From positions 1 through 57,727 of the IMG/VR virus record IMGVR_UViG_3300045120_000343: a stretch of 57,727 nucleotides of DNA; one strand, 5' to 3'. This document shows positions 1 through 8,149 of the stretch, in pieces (position 1 is the stretch's first letter; every line of letters begins with the position of its first letter). Made by a program: the position numbers and the translations under genes. The stretch is from a virus (taxonomy: Duplodnaviria; Caudoviricetes). The notes under the pieces are model-generated. The model did not search any database and was not told the origin of the DNA. It saw only the letters and a program-made list of their open reading frames with translations.

Positions 1-127
1 GGGCCTAAAAGCGCCTGGAATGGCATCTGAATACTTTGCCCGCCCTCGCCGGCGTCGCTGACGTTTCCGTCGCCGAACTTGAGGCGGGGCAGATAAATGG
101 AGACGGCAGGCGTCGGCTGCACAGTTT
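1..127. repeat. Terminal direct repeat, copy 1 (assembly overlap indicating a circular contig)
   Basis: Bases 1-127 are identical to 57601-57727, and the tail tube ORF reads through the junction in frame. Confidence 0.95.
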
Positions 128-1202
128 GCGTTGTCAGATAGGCGAGGAGCGCGACTTCAGTCTCGTTTTTGAAGTCGTTAATTAGCGTTAAATCCTGAAA
201 GAATGCCGTCATCGTACCTGTCACATTGGCGCGCCCGAGGAAAATTTCAGGAACGAAATTTTGGCCGACCACGGCATCCGATGACGGATTGAGGTTTAAG
301 GTTATATCTAGCGCGGTGACGACGCCAAGGGTCGTACCCCCAACCAGCAGATATCCGTTCACGGCAGCAAAATCGCCAGTCGATGTCGCGGCTGTTGGCG
401 CGGTGAAAAATGGTGCGCTGGCGCCGCTGTAGGTTTCCATGTCGCGGCCCATGACCGGAATATCGATCGTGGAGATGCCGGTCGCCGGAAGTTTCAGACC
501 GATGCCACCGATGCGGCATTCGGTGAATAGGCGCGTGACGTCGACATCGGTGTTGTTTATCTCGAATGCAAACTTGCGAGCAGTAAAGCTCGACGTCGGC
601 ATGAACACCGCTTTGCCGCTAGTGCCATTGGTCGTAACGCTGAATGTCGTATCTGCCGTTGCAGTTGTCGGTGCCGGCAGAAGCCCAAGAACGCGATTGC
701 TGCCGCCGCTGAACCCAGTCACGAGGAAGCTGATATTGTTGTTGACTCCGCCGCCGACAGTGAGCCCCGTAAAGCGGATGATATCGCCCACGCGCATGCC
801 GGCAGTCACTGGCGTGCCAGCAGCAAACGTCACCTGCGACAGGGTGTTGTCGAAGGTGGCCGAGGTCAGCGTCGCTTGGGTCTGCGTAATCGCGGCAGAT
901 TTGGTGGCGCGAAGACTTGCCTCGATGAAATCGAAATACGTCTTAGGACTGAACTCGCCGGAGACTGATCCGGTGACGCGCTTGATGCCATGCCGGAAAT
1001 CAGAGATTTGCCGATCAGTGCGAATTTCCGCCGATTGGTAGGTGTCCTTCGCAAGTTTGAGCGAGGATGATACGCGCCGCAGGATTTGCCCGGCCGTGAT
1101 CGCGGGATCGACGGTCGACACCGGCTGCACGTTCGCCGTTATGACGCCTGTGGAGTATGCCTTGTAGCGGATTGAGCCGCTTACGCCTTCAGCGAGGGAC
1201 AT
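1..1202 (-). CDS. Major tail tube protein, 5' part (continues across the origin to the stop at 57540; about 420 aa)
   Basis: Not in the ORF track because it wraps. ATG at 1202 after GGAG gives MSLAEGVSGSIRYKAY...LRRVSSSLKLAKDTYQSAEIRTDRQISDFRHG...SGEFS, typical of siphophage tube proteins; lies between the tail terminator and tail chaperones. Confidence 0.85.
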   Translation of the reverse strand, partial: MSLAEGVSGSIRYKAYSTGVITANVQPVSTVDPAITAGQILRRVSSSLKLAKDTYQSAEIRTDRQISDFRHGIKRVTGSVSGEFSPKTYFDFIEASLRATKSAAITQTQATLTSATFDNTLSQVTFAAGTPVTAGMRVGDIIRFTGLTVGGGVNNNISFLVTGFSGGSNRVLGLLPAPTTATADTTFSVTTNGTSGKAVFMPTSSFTARKFAFEINNTDVDVTRLFTECRIGGIGLKLPATGISTIDIPVMGRDMETYSGASAPFFTAPTAATSTGDFAAVNGYLLVGGTTLGVVTALDITLNLNPSSDAVVGQNFVPEIFLGRANVTGTMTAFFQDLTLINDFKNETEVALLAYLTTQTVQPTPAVSIYLPRLKFGDGNVSDAGEGGQSIQMPFQALLG

Positions 1203-1241
1203 TTTGCTTTCTCCACCAAATCCACGGCTGGTTTTGTTGCG

Positions 1242-1556
1242 TCACGGGCAGTGATGATACCTGCCGTCGAAACCAAAATAAAATCCAGTTTCGGGATTGT
1301 AGCTGCGGAACATTCGCGAACAATATGCGACTTGCTCTAGAGCCTCGGGCACATATTGGGGCTGATAGTATTGCGGCTGCTGCGGCTGCATCGCGCCACC
1401 TATAAAACCGCCAATCACGCCTCCCAAAATCGCGCCGCCCAGATTGCCGCCTCCTCCGCCATGCCAACCACCGCCGCCATGACCGTGCCATTGGGCGAGC
1501 GCTGGCGTCGTTGCGAGCATCCCGACGAGCATTGCTGCAACGGTCAATTTGCGCAT
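1242..1556 (-). CDS. BA14K-family secreted lectin-like protein (moron)
   Basis: Signal peptide MRKLTVAAMLVGMLATTPALA, Gly-rich linker, C-terminal YCSRMFRSYNPETGFYFGFDGRYHHCP matching the BA14K signature. Confidence 0.85.
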   Translation of the reverse strand: MRKLTVAAMLVGMLATTPALAQWHGHGGGGWHGGGGGNLGGAILGGVIGGFIGGAMQPQQPQYYQPQYVPEALEQVAYCSRMFRSYNPETGFYFGFDGRYHHCP

Positions 1557-1557
1557 G

Positions 1558-2025
1558 TTAGCCAATCTCATCAAAAAACAAAGATACCTCAACAGCGGCG
1601 CAATAATAATTATCCACTTCGCTTGCGAGCCCCTGCGGTTTCATGCTCGATCCGGCACCAAGCGGATCGACCGTAGCAGCGAAGCAACTGACCATCGCGT
1701 CGCGGTAGCTCCGAAAAAGCAACGCTATTTGCTTTGCGAGATCGGTGGCAACAAGCAGGCCAACGCCGCGAGGCACGAACACGTAAAAGATCGCCAGGCA
1801 CGGGTTGCGATAAAGATTGAGTCCGCGACCGCCGCCGAAGCCGGCGACGAATGCCTGCCCGTCCGCGCGTAGCTCGAAGAAAACGAACGCCGCCGGAGTG
1901 TTCGGCAGCAACGGGCCGTCCTCGCCGTCAAAATAGAGTGCCGTCACGCCAGCCGGCACGTTGGCCTCGAGCCGCGTGCGCAGCGCGCCATATGCGTCGC
2001 TGAAGCTGGGCATCAGCCCCTGCAC
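1558..2025 (-). CDS. Tail terminator-like protein
   Basis: About 150 aa, upstream of the tube gene; FYVFVPRGVG...A..IA.LFR pattern. Confidence 0.65.
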   Translation of the reverse strand: MQGLMPSFSDAYGALRTRLEANVPAGVTALYFDGEDGPLLPNTPAAFVFFELRADGQAFVAGFGGGRGLNLYRNPCLAIFYVFVPRGVGLLVATDLAKQIALLFRSYRDAMVSCFAATVDPLGAGSSMKPQGLASEVDNYYCAAVEVSLFFDEIG

Positions 2026-2360
2026 TGAAGTTCATAGGCGATCAGCACACCGTCAACTCTGCGCGTCGAGTCATCCGCCGCGATGATGGCGAGTTCTCGC
2101 CCGCGCACGACCAGCTTATCGTTCGTCGTTATCGGCTGTGAAAAGCCGGCTCCGACGAGATCGTCCGCGTAGAGGATGACTTTGCGATCTCCCTGGACGA
2201 TCGTGCCGACCAACTCATGCGGTTGATACCCGATGACTTGCGCACGCACATCTTCAACGTCGAAACGCGGACGATTAGCGCCCGCGCCCGTATACCGGCG
2301 CAATATGACATTGTCCGAAAGCGTGCGGCCATAAAGCGATTTCACCTGCTGCGGCGTCAT
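2013..2360 (-). CDS. Head closure / head-tail joining protein
   Basis: 115 aa with ELVGTIVQGDRKVIL and C-terminal AYELQCRG; position in the neck module. Confidence 0.7.
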   Translation of the reverse strand: MTPQQVKSLYGRTLSDNVILRRYTGAGANRPRFDVEDVRAQVIGYQPHELVGTIVQGDRKVILYADDLVGAGFSQPITTNDKLVVRGRELAIIAADDSTRRVDGVLIAYELQCRG

Positions 2361-2854
2361 CGCGCATTCAACCTCACTGACACTGAACTGTTGCCTGCGT
2401 ATGTTCCGGTAGACGTCATCTTCGCGCGCCAGCGATCGCCGAAAATCCCCGACAACGCGGTGTCATTTGAGAGAGTGGACGGTGCTACCGCCGTAAGTTT
2501 GTCGGTCAGACCCGATACATTGAATAATTTCTCGGCGCTCGCCGTCGCGAAAGTAGCGTGGGCGACCTGAACCCAGGTCGAGCCTTGATCCAAGGTAGTC
2601 TCGACAAAGACGTCGAGCGTTGTGCCGCCGCTGCCGTAGTTGAAGTTCACCTGGATCGTCGCGGCCGAAATGCCGGCAAGGCCGTCGACGTAAGCCTGCG
2701 TGGCACCCTGAGAATCGGCGGCGGACGTTACGACTTGATTGGTCACCGCCGTAGTAAGTGCCGCATCGCCGAGATTGTAGACGCGCGTGTTGGCCGCGAA
2801 AACAGCGGACAGCACAAGCAGAGATACGAAAAGAGCGACAGCGATCCGTATCAT
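2357..2854 (-). CDS. Hypothetical Thr/Ala-rich beta protein with signal-peptide-like N-terminus
   Basis: ORF coupled by 4-bp overlaps to both neighbours; hydrophobic N-terminus. Confidence 0.6.
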   Translation of the reverse strand: MIRIAVALFVSLLVLSAVFAANTRVYNLGDAALTTAVTNQVVTSAADSQGATQAYVDGLAGISAATIQVNFNYGSGGTTLDVFVETTLDQGSTWVQVAHATFATASAEKLFNVSGLTDKLTAVAPSTLSNDTALSGIFGDRWRAKMTSTGTYAGNSSVSVRLNAR

Positions 2855-3534
2855 GCCACGGTCATCTTTCTAAACGGTGCAATTTTTGCCATCACGCCTG
2901 GCGGCAAATCGCCAACATCTCCGACCGCGCCGACCCAATATTCGAAGGATGCCACGCCAAAACTAGTTTCCGCTCGTAACTTCGGATCGCGTCCGCGCGA
3001 CATCCAATAAGACCCGACCAAATCGACTGCGGCAGATTCTAAGGATGGCGGCAAATTCCTATTTGCTTCGCCAGGCAGCAGATATCCGCCGCTATAGGCC
3101 ACGACCGCAGTTTTGCTGATCCACCAGGCAGAACCATAGCCGCCATCTAAACGAAACAGCAAACCACTGTCGGCATCTATTCTATAATCGGTCGAAACGA
3201 CGGCCGTGTCGTCGACCGTGATGCTCGCAATATTTGCAACGGGTCGTCGCAACAGGGATAGGCATTCGATGCCATGCCCTAATGGATTCCAGCCATTGTG
3301 AAAACCATGAGAGCCGTAGCGGGACGGTCGCGCAGGCCAAAATGTTTCAGTCACGGTCTCGCGGCGAAACGGGCGGCAACGCGCCTCGATGTCGGAACTG
3401 GCCTCGTTGATCTTGCTCTGCAGCAAATCATCCGAGTCATTGCCGCTAATTTCCAGCTCGGCTTTAACGCGCTCGAGTGTCGTCAGCGCGGTGGCATTTG
3501 CCGGAGTTGTGACGACGAGCGTGGAATGAAGCAT
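2851..3534 (-). CDS. Head-tail connector (gp6/gp15-like adaptor)
   Basis: LTTLERVKAELEI...DDLLQSKINEAS, V.YSGGY, LPPSLESA motifs and synteny. Confidence 0.8.
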   Translation of the reverse strand: MLHSTLVVTTPANATALTTLERVKAELEISGNDSDDLLQSKINEASSDIEARCRPFRRETVTETFWPARPSRYGSHGFHNGWNPLGHGIECLSLLRRPVANIASITVDDTAVVSTDYRIDADSGLLFRLDGGYGSAWWISKTAVVAYSGGYLLPGEANRNLPPSLESAAVDLVGSYWMSRGRDPKLRAETSFGVASFEYWVGAVGDVGDLPPGVMAKIAPFRKMTVA

Positions 3535-3746
3535 CAGTCGCCGCGCTCGCGAACCGCCTTGATGAGACGACTACCAAGCTTGGGTTCGTCGTCATTCTTC
3601 ATTTTCGGAGAAGGAATGCGTTCGACCCATCCTTGCTGCACCAATTTGTCGCGCAACAGCCCAGGTGGATAGAAAACCTGCCCGACTCTGCGATTCTCAT
3701 AGGCACGCACAACACGCACGCCGTAGTCTTTGCCTGCTTGCAACAT
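3534..3746 (-). CDS. Small head-module protein
   Basis: VRVVRAY...GQVF...LVQQGWVE resembles small proteins that follow capsid genes; ATG at 3746. Confidence 0.5.
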   Translation of the reverse strand: MLQAGKDYGVRVVRAYENRRVGQVFYPPGLLRDKLVQQGWVERIPSPKMKNDDEPKLGSRLIKAVRERGD

Positions 3747-3762
3747 TGTCCAACTCCGGAAT

Positions 3763-3930
3763 TCAACTAAGGTTAGGTCGCCGGCCGAAGCCGACGCCAA
3801 TCACCCGCGTATTTTTTGGGGCGCCGTTTTCGTCTTCGTCATAATAATAAGTTGTCCACATGACGAGCCCAAACGGCCGCAGCAGTCTATCGACGAAAAG
3901 GGCGATCGGCGCCCAAGTCTTTGGGCTCAT
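3763..3930 (-). CDS. Hypothetical 55-aa protein
   Basis: ATG overlaps the FkbM-like gene stop; MSPKTWAPIALFVDRLL...; below the ORF-track cutoff. Confidence 0.4.
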   Translation of the reverse strand: MSPKTWAPIALFVDRLLRPFGLVMWTTYYYDEDENGAPKNTRVIGVGFGRRPNLS

Positions 3931-4532
3931 GACGCTACACGATCCAGCAGTCTATGCAACGGACGCTTCACAAAGATCATATTGCAAGTATTGCGATGCA
4001 CCCGCGTGTAGAACTTTCCTGATCCGAGACGATTGATTGTCAGTTCGCCGGCTTGTCCTGGGCCGCCTAGCGTTGGCAGCGCGTCATCGTCCGCATTTTG
4101 ATCAAACTCTATGACCACGACGCGCGGACGATACTGCAATAACGAATTCCATAGATAATAATCCTGACCATCTACGTCGATCACAGCAAGGTCTATATCG
4201 AGTGGAGCGCCGCAACGATAAAGAGTGCTCTCAAGCCGATGTGCATCCTCCACGGTTTGGTGCACGCAATGCACACGTTCTCCAAAAGCCTTGCTATTCT
4301 CCAACAAACGAACAAATGATGACTGAGCGGCCTCTATAAGCACGCCACTCCAGCCCTGTTCGAGAAGCCGTCGCGTATTGCTGAAGAAAAGGCCATCAGA
4401 TGCACCGCATTCGAAGCACCACTCGTTCTCCATTCCGATCACGGAGAAGATCGCCTGAAGAACGCCGTCTTCGCCGAATTGACTGTAGGAATTGAAGGCG
4501 AAATCATCGAGCCAGTCGAAACTCACTGCCAA
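3927..4532 (-). CDS. FkbM-like SAM-dependent methyltransferase
   Basis: YSQFGEDGVL, ECGASDG...SNTRRL...GWSGVLIE, IDLAVIDVDGQDYYLW, RPRVVVIEF motifs. Confidence 0.8.
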   Translation of the reverse strand: MAVSFDWLDDFAFNSYSQFGEDGVLQAIFSVIGMENEWCFECGASDGLFFSNTRRLLEQGWSGVLIEAAQSSFVRLLENSKAFGERVHCVHQTVEDAHRLESTLYRCGAPLDIDLAVIDVDGQDYYLWNSLLQYRPRVVVIEFDQNADDDALPTLGGPGQAGELTINRLGSGKFYTRVHRNTCNMIFVKRPLHRLLDRVAS

Positions 4533-5698
4533 GCTCCATCCGGAGCCTTCCCCGTTTCGTTAAACTCCCGCATCGGTTGGAAGACAGCCTGCAAATCAGC
4601 GCCCGGCCACCTCACCATCAATTCGGCATGGCCGATTGTGACTCGATTGGCGAGAAACAGCGTGTTACCGGCGAGATTCCATTTCCTCCAAAAATTGACG
4701 TCCTCGTCAATTTTCTTGTCGTCGGCCCATCCACCATCCTCGTCAGGGACGGAATGGAACCAGGGCTTAGGCAAACTCCGCAATTTGTCCGCGCGGATCA
4801 GCGTGAGCCCGAAATGCGCGGTCGCGATCTTCGTCAGATCGGGACTCATCAGCTCAAGCGGTATCCGCCCGAGCGCCTTGCCGTCCTCGTCCAGAACGGT
4901 GAATAGCGCAGTGGGGAGATGCCTTGATGATTGCAATGCTGCGATGGCGTCCGCCTCCGGGTGCGCCATCATCAGCTCGATCAGGCGGGCGACATTGGTC
5001 TTGGTAAAAATTGTGTCGTAGTCGAGCGTGAGGATCGCGTCCGGCTGGTCCTTCTCGAGGATCATCTCCAGACACTTCGTCAACGCCTGGCCCCAGAAGG
5101 CGCCGCCCTGCCGCCGAAGCCTTATCCCGAGCGGGACGAGCGCGTCGAAGCAGCAGCCGAAGTTGTCCATGAACGCTAGGCGCGGGACGCTCATCGACGC
5201 CGACACTTTCATCTCCGAAACGGCCGGCTTGGTTCCTTCAATGTTGAGCGAGACGTCATAGCTCGCGCAGTCCTCAAGTTCAGACTTCCACGGCCGCAGC
5301 AGCACGAGGCCAGCCACTGCAAGTCGCTGCCGCAAATGTTCGCGATCAAAAAGAGACTTGTGAAAATCGCTCGCGTCGGTCTGCGATCCCATGACGAACC
5401 ACTCGGCGGGCGCATCCATCAGCTTCCCGTCGAGATAACGCTTCGCCAGCTCCTCGAAGTCCGGGACCGCGATCCTCAGAATGCCTCCGGGTTTGAGCAC
5501 CCGGACCCACTCTTTGAGCACGGCCTCGATCTGCCCGTGCGGGAAATGCTCGATGACGTGGCTTGCCCTGACGACGTCGACCGAATTATCGTCATAAGAG
5601 AGCGGAAAGATTTCAGTCCCATGGTCGTGGCCGAGCGGGATATATCCTTCGGGCGATTGCACACCGGCGCCGAGATCAAGTTTTATGCTGTCGGTCAT
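4523..5698 (-). CDS. Class I methyltransferase fused to a GT-A (GT2-like) glycosyltransferase domain
   Basis: N-terminal KLDLGAG, ASHVIEH, EWVRVLKPGGILRIAVPD; C-terminal ILTLDYD (DxD), HFGLTLI, KPWF, DEDVNFW, IGH. Start at 5698 follows GAGG. Confidence 0.8.
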   Translation of the reverse strand: MTDSIKLDLGAGVQSPEGYIPLGHDHGTEIFPLSYDDNSVDVVRASHVIEHFPHGQIEAVLKEWVRVLKPGGILRIAVPDFEELAKRYLDGKLMDAPAEWFVMGSQTDASDFHKSLFDREHLRQRLAVAGLVLLRPWKSELEDCASYDVSLNIEGTKPAVSEMKVSASMSVPRLAFMDNFGCCFDALVPLGIRLRRQGGAFWGQALTKCLEMILEKDQPDAILTLDYDTIFTKTNVARLIELMMAHPEADAIAALQSSRHLPTALFTVLDEDGKALGRIPLELMSPDLTKIATAHFGLTLIRADKLRSLPKPWFHSVPDEDGGWADDKKIDEDVNFWRKWNLAGNTLFLANRVTIGHAELMVRWPGADLQAVFQPMREFNETGKAPDGAWQ

Positions 5699-5702
5699 GT
5701 AG

Positions 5703-5781
5703 GCCTCTGTCGGGAGGCGCGTGCGGAGACCGACATCTCCGCACGCTGTTCTGCGCAGACATTCCATCCGGTGTCGGCCGG
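5703..5781 (-). promoter_or_regulatory. Three-hairpin leader with CCGACA/UGUCGG loops, Shine-Dalgarno in the last stem
   Basis: mRNA order: CCGG-CCGACA-CCGG; 11-bp stem with UGUCGG loop; GCCUC-CCGACA-GAGGC then CUAC-AUG. Confidence 0.6.
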
Positions 5782-5792
5782 GAGGGGGGACT

Positions 5793-6116
5793 TCAGTTGT
5801 GTTGGGCGGCCTTGGCTTGTTCGACTTTTGCCGTCTTCGCAGCATCCGCGGCTGCCTTCTCGGCAGCGGCTACAGCGGCCTTCTCAGCGGCCTCTGCTTC
5901 TTCCGCGACCTTGGCCTCTTCGGCGAGCCGCACTTCCGCTCGATCCATAGCGGCCGGAAGCTCGACCGCGGCAGCCACCGCAACGTCGGCGAGTTTCGAG
6001 AGATGCTCGCCGGACGCATCGTCGAGATCGCGCATCGCTGCGATCCGCGCCCCCATTATGGCCCCGCCGACATGGATCACTGCATTGCGATCCATCTCCT
6101 TCTTCTTCGTCGTCAT
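5793..6116 (-). CDS. Hypothetical Ala/Glu/Lys-rich helical protein
   Basis: Open frame in the head operon with an AEK-rich low-complexity C-terminus. Confidence 0.55.
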   Translation of the reverse strand: MTTKKKEMDRNAVIHVGGAIMGARIAAMRDLDDASGEHLSKLADVAVAAAVELPAAMDRAEVRLAEEAKVAEEAEAAEKAAVAAAEKAAADAAKTAKVEQAKAAQHN

Positions 6117-6162
6117 AGCGTTTTGCCTTTCCGATTAGATTTGTGAATGGATCGAGACCCGC

Positions 6163-6624
6163 CTAGCCTTCGATCAGGCTGAGCACGTTAGCCCTGGCCG
6201 CGGTCGATATGCCTTGCTCCGGCCTGCCGAGGTTCGCATTCGCGAAGAACGTCTGCGAGGTCGCCGGCGATATCACGAGCGACAGGTACCGCTTGCGAGC
6301 GCGACAATCGACGTTGAACTTGTAGGAAGGCACCGCCGTGAGCGTGGTCGAAAAGCCCACGAGGAAATCGACGTTAGTGGCAGTCGCCGATCCCCCACGA
6401 AAACCTACGATGTCCACGAAGTTCGACGCCGTGGTGTTGTCGCTCTCCTGTAACTTCAACACGGACGGACTGCCGGCTTGGGTAGACGCCGCTTGCGTAG
6501 TCCCCCAAATGTCGATCGAAGCCCAATCAAAGCCAAGGGTATCGATGACAGATGATGTAACAGTTCCAGCAGCGGTCGCGGACGAGCCGTTGATGGCAGT
6601 AACAGCTTTGAATGCAGGCAACAT
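6163..6624 (-). CDS. Capsid decoration/cement protein (putative)
   Basis: Immediately after the capsid gene, AGGAG SD; IDTLGF...LKLQESD...KRYL pattern. Confidence 0.6.
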   Translation of the reverse strand: MLPAFKAVTAINGSSATAAGTVTSSVIDTLGFDWASIDIWGTTQAASTQAGSPSVLKLQESDNTTASNFVDIVGFRGGSATATNVDFLVGFSTTLTAVPSYKFNVDCRARKRYLSLVISPATSQTFFANANLGRPEQGISTAARANVLSLIEG

Positions 6625-6673
6625 GGCGTTGCTCCTTTTGCGATCCCGGACCAGCCGGATAAATGAGACTGAA

Positions 6674-6703
6674 GGCATCGCCGTCCTGGTTGGCGGCGAT
6701 GCC
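6674..6703 (-). terminator. Hairpin after the major capsid gene (attenuator/stabiliser)
   Basis: 10-bp inverted repeat GGCATCGCCG/CGGCGATGCC with a weak U-tail. Confidence 0.5.
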
Positions 6704-6719
6704 GTTACGGGGTTGAGGT

Positions 6720-8051
6720 TTAGGTGGTCCCGACTAGACCGACGATCGGGCCGGCGTTCGTATTGTCACCGAGATCGTGATTAACGATGTCGATGCGCTC
6801 CGTCCCAAGGATGCCGATCTGATCCAGTTCGAAATACCGTTCCTCTGATCGGCGGATCGTTGCGATGCGCCGTTCGCCCATGGCCGCCGCCATTGCCAGA
6901 TTGCCGAACAGGATCATGACCAGGCCGTTGAGCGTGGTGCTGATAACCGGAAGCTTCTGGCTGATGACGATCGGAAAGCCGAGGTAACGATACTGGATCG
7001 AACCGTCGAGCGTGGAGATGCTATTGCCGCCGGCCGTCGCGATTAGCCGTTCGAAACAAGTTCCGAATGCTAATGCCGAGCAATAGAACTTGGCTTGCGC
7101 AAGGGCATATTGTGGCAGCGTCCCGATCAGCTTGGTCAGGTCCGTGTTGTCGAGCAGCGCGAAGGTCGGATGACCAGAGGCCGCAGCGACCTTGCCGGCG
7201 TTGTGGTTACCGTCGATGAGCAAATTCGTGAGGCCACGAATGCCGCCGAATGTCGATGAGCCGTCACCGTTGAAGCCGCAATCGTCCTCCTTCGAGACGA
7301 AGGCATAGGCTATTTCCGCCGTCATCAGGTCGGCGACGCTCATCAGTGCATCTTCCGACAACTCCGTCGAGATGCGGGTCAATGCAGCGAGTTTCTTGGC
7401 GACCAGATTGACATTGTCCCAGGAGGCTGTCGACTCTGTCACCGCCGTGCCTTCAGAGATGAAGTTTGCCGTTAAGCCGCCGGTGCGCCGTGGCCAGGCC
7501 AAGGTATCACTCGACATCGGGACGATCTGAGCGTTCGCCCGGAACACGCCGAATTGCTCGCGAAGGTCGATGATGGCATTGAGCATCGGCGTCGGCACCA
7601 GAAAGCCGCCGGCCGTATTGATGCCCTCCGATTCTGCCTTCGTCACAACGTCATCATCAATGACACCATTGTCGTGGCACCATTGGCGCGCGTCGCTGTT
7701 GCCAAAGACAAATCCCTTTACCCACTTCCCGCACTTATAGGCGTTCTCCTCTGCGTCCTCGCCTCGGAACGCCTTGAGCTTGGCGTAACGCTTGCGCGGT
7801 TGCGCGAACACGCGATTGCCGCTGCCATTGGTGTCGTGCGGCTTGGATATGCTGAGCTTGTAGGAAGCCACCTTCTCGGTCTGATCTATCTTGGCCTTAA
7901 GATCAGCCGTTTCCTTTTCGAGTTCGGCGAACGCGAGCTCGTGTGTTTTGTCGGGAACGTAATCGTCGGCGCTCATCTTTTGATTGATTGCCACCAACGC
8001 CTCAATCTTCTCCGCGTGCTTGGCGCGAAGCTCGGCAAGTCTCTCCGTCAT
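6720..8051 (-). CDS. HK97-fold major capsid protein with N-terminal delta domain
   Basis: Coiled-coil N-terminus, GGFLVP, EG...TES, KKLAALTRISTELSED, LGFPIV, ILFGN motifs. Confidence 0.95.
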   Translation of the reverse strand: MTERLAELRAKHAEKIEALVAINQKMSADDYVPDKTHELAFAELEKETADLKAKIDQTEKVASYKLSISKPHDTNGSGNRVFAQPRKRYAKLKAFRGEDAEENAYKCGKWVKGFVFGNSDARQWCHDNGVIDDDVVTKAESEGINTAGGFLVPTPMLNAIIDLREQFGVFRANAQIVPMSSDTLAWPRRTGGLTANFISEGTAVTESTASWDNVNLVAKKLAALTRISTELSEDALMSVADLMTAEIAYAFVSKEDDCGFNGDGSSTFGGIRGLTNLLIDGNHNAGKVAAASGHPTFALLDNTDLTKLIGTLPQYALAQAKFYCSALAFGTCFERLIATAGGNSISTLDGSIQYRYLGFPIVISQKLPVISTTLNGLVMILFGNLAMAAAMGERRIATIRRSEERYFELDQIGILGTERIDIVNHDLGDNTNAGPIVGLVGTT

Positions 8052-8149
8052 TTGATTTGGCTTTGCAGACGTGGACTGACGCCATGTCAGTCCGGTCGCC
8101 CGGCACTGTCGGGTCCGGGGTTGTCAGAGAAACTTCTGTCGGAAGCCCC

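Noticed and set aside
1610-1618. DnaA-box-like TTATCCACT
   Set aside because: Single 8/9 match, expected by chance in 57 kb.
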